Virus record (IMG/VR): IMGVR_UViG_3300025630_000054
Span: 1 to 24,562 of that record
Length of the DNA: 24,562 bases
From: a virus
Taxonomy: Duplodnaviria > Caudoviricetes
Reading direction: 5' to 3' (one strand)
The translations under genes were made by a program, and so were the position numbers. Positions 7,767 to 14,169 of the stretch are shown here, in pieces. A model generated the notes under the pieces. That model did no database searches, had not been told where the DNA came from, and saw only the letters and a list, made by a program, of their open reading frames with translations. Position 1 is the stretch's first letter; each line of letters opens with the position of its first letter.

Positions 7767-8197
7767 GAGGCGGAGGCAAAATGACTTTTCTGCGTAGCTT
7801 GAGTGGCCTCTGGTTGTTGGTGCGCCAGTTCTATGGCATCTCTGCGGGTTCTGATCGGCACCAAATAAAGTGGGAGCGCGGGCTTCTTGGCATTTCTGCG
7901 TAGAAAATTTGGCTCCCTGTTGTAAGGCGGGGGTGCATGATCGGTGGCATTTCTGCATGCTTTAGATGACCCCCTGTTGAATGGTTGGGAAGGGTGACGG
8001 CTAATCGGCATTGCTGCATGGTCAGTATGACCCTTCCCATTGGCGCGCTCAGTATTCGGCATAATGCGATGATCGAGTGGCACCAAAATAAGGTGGGGGC
8101 GTGGATTGCATGGCATTGCTGCGAAAACCCAATGACCCCCTGTTGTAAGGCGGGGGCGTCGCATCGTTGGCATTTCTGCGTTGGTTGACCGACCCCC
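7767..8197 (-). ncRNA. TIGR-like stem-loop guide-RNA array, 8 units each with two 9-nt spacers
   Basis: Minus-strand unit: stem-YCR-N9-YG-CAGAAATG(variants)-YCR-N9-CR-stem. All 16 spacers are exactly 9 nt and different. Outer stems differ between units but stay self-complementary. The inner hairpin is mostly GCA-GNRA-TGC. Confidence 0.88.
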
Positions 8198-8206
8198 TGT
8201 TAAACA

Positions 8207-8737
8207 TTATTCTACCAAAGCCTGCTCATACTCAGCTTTGACTTCGCTGATATTCCAAACATCTCTGACGACTTTATCATCAGTGACGCGGGCCTTGATG
8301 GCAGAATAGAAGCTGCGCTGCCCCTCATGGTGCTTGCTGCGGGATGTCTCGTGCATAATCGCCTGCTCAAGATCCTCGCTTGTTGCATCGCCCAAGCAGA
8401 TGCCGGTATTGGGCAATAGCCAACGCTCAAACATATCCTTTGCATATGCGGGTGCCATGTTTTTCAGTGACACGGCTGGCGTTGATGTCTCGCCCTTGCT
8501 CAGCACAGTTTGATGCGCTGCACGCTTAAGTCGCGCGCGGTAGCCTCTGGGCTGCGCAACAACATCCAAATATGCAATGCGCTCCAAGTGGCGGCGTGTA
8601 GCCTCTTCGCGCAAAACATCGTCTTGCTGAAGCATAACCAGATATTTCTCCGATGCTTCCTTCGCGCTAGCAGATCCCTCCCAAGCCTTTTCTACGGCCT
8701 CGGACACAATCGAAATAATATTTTCTTGCTTAGTCAT
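8207..8737 (-). CDS. uncharacterised protein upstream of the array (176 aa), candidate Tas partner
   Basis: TGATG-coupled ATG at 8737; stop lies 9 nt before the first array unit; no family recognised. Confidence 0.75.
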   Translation of the reverse strand: MTKQENIISIVSEAVEKAWEGSASAKEASEKYLVMLQQDDVLREEATRRHLERIAYLDVVAQPRGYRARLKRAAHQTVLSKGETSTPAVSLKNMAPAYAKDMFERWLLPNTGICLGDATSEDLEQAIMHETSRSKHHEGQRSFYSAIKARVTDDKVVRDVWNISEVKAEYEQALVE

Positions 8738-8886
8738 CACTCTTCCTCTTCTTCATTGCGCCAATTGAACTCGTCTTCGTCTTGGCATTCTGGGCAGCGC
8801 ACTATTGTCCACGCGTCGCTGTCCGGCGTGTTGACGAAACGCGGCAACTCGATGAAGCCGGTTCCGTCGCAAGTCGTGCAGATCAT
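8737..8886 (-). CDS. small zinc-finger protein (49 aa)
   Basis: MICTTCDGTG...RCPEC (DnaJ-like CxxCxGxG pattern), acidic tail; ATGA-coupled start. Confidence 0.7.
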   Translation of the reverse strand: MICTTCDGTGFIELPRFVNTPDSDAWTIVRCPECQDEDEFNWRNEEEEE

Positions 8887-9425
8887 TTGTACACATCCGC
8901 GTTGATGCTCCACAGCACCAAGGTCGCGCGCTGCTGGCCTGCACGCTGGTTTACATGCGCTTTGCATATCTCGCCGCGTGCGTGCATGTTTTCGAGATGC
9001 TGTGATAGCTTGCGCGTCTCAACGCCAACGACCTCAGCGATGTCTGCCGTTTCGCAGTAGGTCGCCGCGTCGCTCCGCAGGAACGCAATGACCTCGCGCT
9101 GCACGGCAGGCCAATTAATCGGCTCAGGCTTCTCGGTGGGCGTTTGCACGGCCTCTGCTGGCGCGTCAGTCGCCAAGCCCAGCACGTCACGCGCTGCGCG
9201 TCGCTCCTGCACATATGCGGCGACCCACGGCGTGCGCTCGCGCTGCTCTTCCACGGCGTTCTGCACGATGATGCCGACGCAGATGTCGTCGAGGTTTGCG
9301 TGCGCCTGCTGGAGCAGACGCGGCGATATGTGGACGCTCTCGCCGTTGTCGGTGCGGACGCCAAAGCCTGTGCCGCTGTCGGTGATGTGCGTGATTAAAA
9401 ATTCATGTGTGTGCGTAAGGTTCAT
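8883..9425 (-). CDS. putative nucleic-acid-binding protein (cold-shock/OB-like N-terminus plus wHTH-like C-terminus)
   Basis: GTGFGVRTDNGESVHIS resembles CSD RNP motifs; ETADIAEVVGVETRKLSQHLENMHARGEI resembles a wHTH; GGAG SD. Confidence 0.65.
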   Translation of the reverse strand: MNLTHTHEFLITHITDSGTGFGVRTDNGESVHISPRLLQQAHANLDDICVGIIVQNAVEEQRERTPWVAAYVQERRAARDVLGLATDAPAEAVQTPTEKPEPINWPAVQREVIAFLRSDAATYCETADIAEVVGVETRKLSQHLENMHARGEICKAHVNQRAGQQRATLVLWSINADVYK

Positions 9426-9504
9426 TATGGTTTCTCCGTTTCAGTTTCGTGGCCGGTTTGGCGCACGGCAAGGCAGCGCCGCGCGGGCGCTGCTAAGCGA
9501 TGCG

Positions 9505-10074
9505 TCAATAATCTTCTCCGTTGACTGTGACTTTTGTGGGGCGCTGGATGATGGTCTGCTTGACGCCATCGCGCACGCCATGCTCTTTGACTTTGGCCGT
9601 GCAAGTTACTTGAGCGCCTTTGGCCCAATACTGCGTGCCTTTGTAGATGACAACGTTGTCATCAGCGTCACGGCAGATGTGGAGGTGTGAAATGCCATAC
9701 ATGCTTTCCAGCTCGACAATATGCTTGACTGTGAGTGCGAAGTCTTGGCGCTCGCCTACGGTGCCAACAAACTCGCACTTGCCATCTCTGGTGGCCCACT
9801 CAGCTTTTTGAGCGGCACGCTTGTCCAGCGTCTTGACCATGGCGTCACGCATGTTAGGTGTCGGCTGGCCGTATGTGTTGATGCCCTTCTTAACCGCTGA
9901 GAAAAACCCTTCGCCCTCTGGGCTGTAGTCAGCCAAGAAGTCGATAATCTCTTGGGCGCGATCATCAGACGCCAGCCAGTTTACACGATTGGCGTGGGCA
10001 GCATTTGCCAGCTTGCGGGCGCGAATTGATGGGTAGTAATTATGCTCATATTCATGCGTTGGGTCGTATGCCAT
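9505..10074 (-). CDS. hypothetical early protein (189 aa), possible C-terminal OB-like fold
   Basis: GGAGG SD before ATG 10074; first gene after an AT-rich intergenic region; beta-rich C-terminus. Confidence 0.7.
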   Translation of the reverse strand: MAYDPTHEYEHNYYPSIRARKLANAAHANRVNWLASDDRAQEIIDFLADYSPEGEGFFSAVKKGINTYGQPTPNMRDAMVKTLDKRAAQKAEWATRDGKCEFVGTVGERQDFALTVKHIVELESMYGISHLHICRDADDNVVIYKGTQYWAKGAQVTCTAKVKEHGVRDGVKQTIIQRPTKVTVNGEDY

Positions 10075-10181
10075 ATCTTCCTCCATTGCTTATATTGTTA
10101 ACATACAGTTACCACAGCATATCGCAAGCAAAAAATGCACCTGACGGAAACTTTTTTTCGCCTCTATATAAAACCGTTTAA

Positions 10182-10562
10182 ATGCAGTATGTTGCGCGCG
10201 TGGCCAACAGCATCAACGTCGGACGTGCAGGCGAGTTTCTCGTTGCAGCCGAGCTTGAGCAGCGCGGGATACGCTGCCATCGGGTAGACATGCAGGACGA
10301 TGACCTATGGGTGAAGTCGGCCAGCGGTGAGCTGTTGACGATGCAAGTGAAGGCGACCATCGAGCCGCGCGCCGATCGCAGGCGCAAACCGTGCTACATG
10401 TTCACACGCGCAAATGGCGATGCGCAAATATTTGCGTATGTGGCTCTGGATATACGATTGTTTATACTGCGCGACGCGCCGAGCGGGAAGACGGTACGCA
10501 TAAAGCCCGCCGATTTTACGCGGCAGGCTATGGATGACAGCATTAAGGCGATGCTAGGTTAG
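10182..10562 (+). CDS. PD-(D/E)XK-superfamily endonuclease-like protein
   Basis: GRAGEFLVAAEL...DDLWV...MQVKAT motif; the only plausible plus-strand gene; the start may be GTG 10200. Confidence 0.7.
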   Translation: MQYVARVANSINVGRAGEFLVAAELEQRGIRCHRVDMQDDDLWVKSASGELLTMQVKATIEPRADRRRKPCYMFTRANGDAQIFAYVALDIRLFILRDAPSGKTVRIKPADFTRQAMDDSIKAMLG

Positions 10563-11014
10563 ACCATCAGCTCAAAGTGCGGAGCGTCGATAAACGGGCG
10601 TCTGCCCTGCCCGCGACGCGTGTCGATGTAGTCGTTCATCGCGTCCTCCATCGTGCCATCCCACTGTGCTATATTTGGCACAGTCCACGCGGCACCCCAC
10701 CTGATTGGCACGTCCACCTCGCGCGCAGCTTCTGCCATTGCGTCAGCGATGTCGTCATATAGGTTAAGCTCCCACGATCCACGCGGGCCAACATAGGCCA
10801 TAAGATCGACGGCCAACCCGTCTATATGTTTCGATTTCATCGTCTGCGACGCGCCGCTTTTCACAAGCTCGCGCTGCTCCTCGATGGTGCGAAGCCCGCA
10901 GATGACGCCGAAGTCAATCTTGGTTCTGTGGATTGCGCTGGTGACGACAGCCGCCATGCGCTCGTCCACGCCTGATAGCTTATCGCGGCTGCGTGCTGAT
11001 AGTTTGAACGTCAT
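10559..11014 (-). CDS. endolysin, M15-family (L-Ala-D-Glu-type) peptidase
   Basis: GLRTIEEQ, SKHIDGLAVDL, WG..W and DAPHFEL zinc-peptidase motifs; ATGA-coupled start at 11014. Confidence 0.85.
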   Translation of the reverse strand: MTFKLSARSRDKLSGVDERMAAVVTSAIHRTKIDFGVICGLRTIEEQRELVKSGASQTMKSKHIDGLAVDLMAYVGPRGSWELNLYDDIADAMAEAAREVDVPIRWGAAWTVPNIAQWDGTMEDAMNDYIDTRRGQGRRPFIDAPHFELMV

Positions 11015-11355
11015 TTCTTCAAGCCTTTCATTGTGCGGATGCCAAAGCTGGCGGCGATGGACGCATACATGCCCCACTGCACCCAGAGCGGCGTTGTTTC
11101 AAGATTGGCGAATCCCTCTGCCATTACGTCCTGCATGGACGGCACAAAATTCATGCACAATATGGCCACGAAAACGATTGTCCACAGCTCATCCTTCCAG
11201 CTGTCTTTGCTGGCCTCGATGGCCGACTGCTCCCAATCCATCTCGCCGGTTGCCTGCTTCAGCTTGATCTCGGCATTCGCCTTCTGGATTGCCGTCTTGC
11301 CGTCGAGGTAGCTTGTGGCCAGCCCGCCTAATGCGCCTACTATCTGGCCAATCAT
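11011..11355 (-). CDS. putative holin
   Basis: Two to three hydrophobic segments, basic C-terminus, directly upstream of the endolysin. Confidence 0.6.
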   Translation of the reverse strand: MIGQIVGALGGLATSYLDGKTAIQKANAEIKLKQATGEMDWEQSAIEASKDSWKDELWTIVFVAILCMNFVPSMQDVMAEGFANLETTPLWVQWGMYASIAASFGIRTMKGLKK

Positions 11356-11540
11356 TTCTCAGACCCTAGCCACACGGCAAAAGCACCAGTCATGGCACCG
11401 GCAACAACGCTAATAAGCGCACTCTGCTGCGTGCTAAGGTCAGGCTGCGTCAGCGCCCACTCGATGCAGCGTATATACATAATCGTCATCACGGCCATCA
11501 TTAGACGCGGCATGATCTTATATTCCAAAAGCTTTTCCAT
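11352..11540 (-). CDS. small two-TM membrane protein
   Basis: Two hydrophobic helices; GAGGT SD; ATGA-coupled to the holin-like gene. Confidence 0.65.
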   Translation of the reverse strand: MEKLLEYKIMPRLMMAVMTIMYIRCIEWALTQPDLSTQQSALISVVAGAMTGAFAVWLGSEK

Positions 11541-11541
11541 C

Positions 11542-11796
11542 TTACACCTCTATGTTGATGTTTGTGCCTTGCGGCCTGTCAGCAGTGGTCTTGGTGCCAA
11601 ACCTATCATAACCCTTGCCTAAGTCCAACTTCTGCTCTCTGAGCGCCTCCAGATGCGTGTGATTGGCTCTATGCTCCTTGGCTACCCTCTGCTCCGTCAG
11701 ATGCGCTTCTATGCGCTCACGCGTCTGCGTTTGTTGGTGTATGTCCGACTGCACGTTAAACGGTGCGCTGCCTATGCCTGATACACCGTCAGCCAT
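11542..11796 (-). CDS. hypothetical protein (84 aa, MADGVS)
   Basis: TGATG-coupled start at 11796. Confidence 0.6.
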   Translation of the reverse strand: MADGVSGIGSAPFNVQSDIHQQTQTRERIEAHLTEQRVAKEHRANHTHLEALREQKLDLGKGYDRFGTKTTADRPQGTNINIEV

Positions 11797-12257
11797 CAGC
11801 GTTTCACCGCGATCCAGACAAAGCCAAACAACGCGCCCACGCAGATCAGAAACAGGAACAAGCCCGCCGCCCACGCGATGATCGTCTCCTTGCGCTCGAT
11901 GCGCTTATACATTGCGTCTTTCTGCTTCTGCCGGATGTCGTTTTCCATGCGGATCAGCTCCTGCCACGCAGACGGGCCAAGCGTTTCGCTAATCATCTTG
12001 CGCAACTCGTCGCGCATATTCTCGCGCTGCTTCTTCTGCACAAACAGATCCATCGCCTGCTGCTCGACGCTGCCGAAGCTCTGATACCATTTTGGGTTTT
12101 CTACGCGCTTCGCTGCAAAGTCGAAGTCGCTGATCGCCTTAGACCAGCGCCCCAGATCGCCAGCCATGCCTTCCAGATCACGCCCGATCTGACAGCCCTT
12201 CTTGATTGCGTTAAACGCAGCACCAGCGGCCATGATTGCGGTTGCGGGGTCTATCAT
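11796..12257 (-). CDS. hypothetical coiled-coil protein with C-terminal TM
   Basis: Helical, ending IIAWAAGLFLFLICVGALFGFVWIAVKR. Confidence 0.75.
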   Translation of the reverse strand: MIDPATAIMAAGAAFNAIKKGCQIGRDLEGMAGDLGRWSKAISDFDFAAKRVENPKWYQSFGSVEQQAMDLFVQKKQRENMRDELRKMISETLGPSAWQELIRMENDIRQKQKDAMYKRIERKETIIAWAAGLFLFLICVGALFGFVWIAVKR

Positions 12258-12430
12258 TTGGCATCTTTACCCACGTCAGCTAAACGCGGGCATCCACTAT
12301 TATACTCCACCCTTATAACATATGGGTAGTGATACCAGAAGCTTGGGTATGGGCATCTGTATATACACGCCGTGTAAAGCTGCCCGTATGCAAGCACGCC
12401 AACGGCTACGCTGGCGAGCGAGCAGATCAC
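12254..12430 (-). CDS. small Cys/Tyr-rich protein (58 aa; absent from the ORF track)
   Basis: MICSLASVAVGVLAYGQLYTACIYRCPYPSFWYHYPYVIRVEYNSGCPRLADVGKDAK fills the gap exactly, with GTGA and ATGA overlaps. Confidence 0.6.
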   Translation of the reverse strand: MICSLASVAVGVLAYGQLYTACIYRCPYPSFWYHYPYVIRVEYNSGCPRLADVGKDAK

Positions 12431-12660
12431 CGCTCCATCAGACGGTCTATTTTCTCCTCGATGCGATCAAAGCGCGCTACGATCTGCGCCATGACGGCAG
12501 TGCTGTCTGCCTTGGTGACATAATCTTTGGCCATTTCTTCGCGGGTCTTGTTCAGCAGAATATTGAGGCGCTGCATCTCGTCCACAGCGCTTTTCAACAC
12601 CCAGCCGATCAGGCCCAATCCGGCAGTAAGTGCCGCCGTCCAAAGCATGTCAGCGTCCAT
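12427..12660 (-). CDS. N-terminal TM plus coiled-coil protein
   Basis: LWTAALTAGLGLIGWVL followed by heptads ending RFDRIEEKIDRL. Confidence 0.7.
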   Translation of the reverse strand: MDADMLWTAALTAGLGLIGWVLKSAVDEMQRLNILLNKTREEMAKDYVTKADSTAVMAQIVARFDRIEEKIDRLMER

Positions 12661-12947
12661 CAGTAAGACCCCTCCCAGACGCGCATCTTGGCGAACTCGC
12701 CTGACATCATCTTACGCTTGACGACCTCTTTGGCCGCCTCCGTATCAGACCACGCCACACCGGCTTCCTTCAGCCACGCGGTAAGCACAGCGCCGTCCAG
12801 AAACCCGACAAGCCGGTTTTCGCCTGACATGCCTATGCCAGCATCTCTGGCCGCCTGCGCGTCTTTCAGAGACTGGCTGACGTCATGACGTTGTTTTATG
12901 ACCATGTGGTCATGCTCGAAGTCGATCTTTTCCGAAATCTTCGCCAT
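12660..12947 (-). CDS. hypothetical protein (95 aa)
   Basis: Coupled ORF in the post-capsid operon. Confidence 0.7.
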   Translation of the reverse strand: MAKISEKIDFEHDHMVIKQRHDVSQSLKDAQAARDAGIGMSGENRLVGFLDGAVLTAWLKEAGVAWSDTEAAKEVVKRKMMSGEFAKMRVWEGSY

Positions 12948-12950
12948 GTC

Positions 12951-13142
12951 TTATTTCTTCTTGGCGCGCTTCGTTGGTGCGGGTGCAGGCGCTGGCTCAA
13001 CGTCGCCAGTGACGATCAGTGCGTCTGGGCGAACGCGCATCAGCGTTTCAACCTCTGCGTTTGGCAGCTCGGCGTTGTCGCCTTTTACCAGCTTGCCGAT
13101 TGACGTGTGTACCTTGTGGCCTACAACTGTAACTTTTTTCAT
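12951..13142 (-). CDS. hypothetical protein (63 aa)
   Basis: GAGG SD; PAPAPAP/KRAKKK tail, common in small genes following capsid genes. Confidence 0.65.
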   Translation of the reverse strand: MKKVTVVGHKVHTSIGKLVKGDNAELPNAEVETLMRVRPDALIVTGDVEPAPAPAPTKRAKKK

Positions 13143-13160
13143 GTCGATCCCTCGTTAAGC

Positions 13161-13185
13161 AGAAGGGGCGCAAATCGCCCCTTCT
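13161..13185 (-). terminator. hairpin downstream of the major capsid gene
   Basis: AGAAGGGGCG-5 nt-CGCCCCTTCT, perfect 10-bp stem; weak U tract on the minus strand. Confidence 0.6.
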
Positions 13186-13194
13186 TGTAGTATA

Positions 13195-14151
13195 TTACGA
13201 TGTGGTGTTGTCGTAAATTGCGCCGTTGGCTTTCTCGTTTTTCGAGCAAAGCGCCAGCTCTGTTGTCACCTGACGTGTGGTGTTGTCGCCATTTTTGGCC
13301 AAGGCAACGTTTTTGGTTGGACGCAATACTGCGCATTCCCACATGTTGTCCTGCAAAATGAACACGTCACGGCTACGGTTTTCGCGTGAAGGCATGAACT
13401 GCACGGTTCCCCACGGTGTCACGTAAACTGCAAGCGATTTGACCACAGTCTCGTCACCGGCTTGCACCGCTGAGCGCTGGTTGTTGTTACCAGTGAAGCC
13501 CAGAGCAACGTTCATCTGGAAGGCTGACAGATAGCAAGTATCTGGCTTACCGCCTTCTTCCCAGATTGACTGCATAACGTCGTCAAACTTGGCCTGCGAG
13601 AATGCAGTTGGAGTGCCGTCGTCTGTACGGGCGTCTGTGCCGTCGCCGGTTGGGTTTGCACCAGAGTTACCAGACTGGAAGTTTACGTTTGTAATCAACC
13701 ATGATGGTACACCACCAGTTTTACGTGCAGCAGTTGAAGAGCCTGCAACGTTACCTTGGTTAGCAAACAACGCCTTTTCGATGTCGAGCTTTTGCTCTTT
13801 AGCGATAAGCAATGTTTGGTACGCCATTTCCTTGGCGCGGCCAGCATTGTCTACTGCTTCATCGGTATCGGAAATCACCACAGCGTTTTTAAAGATCTGT
13901 GTTCTCGCTCCGAGGCGTACAGTCGGCGTAACGGCATCGGCAGATGTCGCATCACCTTCGATGTGAGCGTTTACGGCTGACGCGCGCAACGCTTGTGTTT
14001 GCCACTCAACCAAAGTGTTGCGTGCTTTTGTTTTGCTCGACTTAGAGTAAAACGGTGTTTCAGATGGGTCTACATTGTAGATCACATCTGACAAATCTTC
14101 ACGAATGCCTACGGCATCATACGTGTCGAATGTATTGGTCGGCTGTGCCAT
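13195..14151 (-). CDS. major capsid protein (DUF5309/SU10-like)
   Basis: REDLSDVIYNVDPSETPF, EWQT, EGDA, TQIF and AKEQKLDIE motifs; follows the scaffold gene. Confidence 0.88.
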   Translation of the reverse strand: MAQPTNTFDTYDAVGIREDLSDVIYNVDPSETPFYSKSSKTKARNTLVEWQTQALRASAVNAHIEGDATSADAVTPTVRLGARTQIFKNAVVISDTDEAVDNAGRAKEMAYQTLLIAKEQKLDIEKALFANQGNVAGSSTAARKTGGVPSWLITNVNFQSGNSGANPTGDGTDARTDDGTPTAFSQAKFDDVMQSIWEEGGKPDTCYLSAFQMNVALGFTGNNNQRSAVQAGDETVVKSLAVYVTPWGTVQFMPSRENRSRDVFILQDNMWECAVLRPTKNVALAKNGDNTTRQVTTELALCSKNEKANGAIYDNTTS

Positions 14152-14169
14152 TTTTTCGTCCTTTCAAGA

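Noticed and set aside
7936-8077. Short shared words between spacers (CGATCAT, TACTGA)
   Set aside because: 6-7 nt overlaps in different registers; too weak to interpret without homologous arrays.
7745-8173. 143-aa N-terminal extension in the 377-aa ORF call, and other small ORFs over the array
   Set aside because: They read through the structured array; the strong SD sits at ATG 7744.
7767-8197. CRISPR array
   Set aside because: Constant parts are only about 13 nt, spacers are 9 nt and paired, outer stems vary, and there are no cas genes.
12095-12112. Possible self-target of one guide (GGTTTTCTACGCGCTTCG vs AATTTTCTACGGGCTTCT, 14/18)
   Set aside because: A rough binomial estimate gives about one such match by chance for 8 targets over both strands of 24.5 kb.
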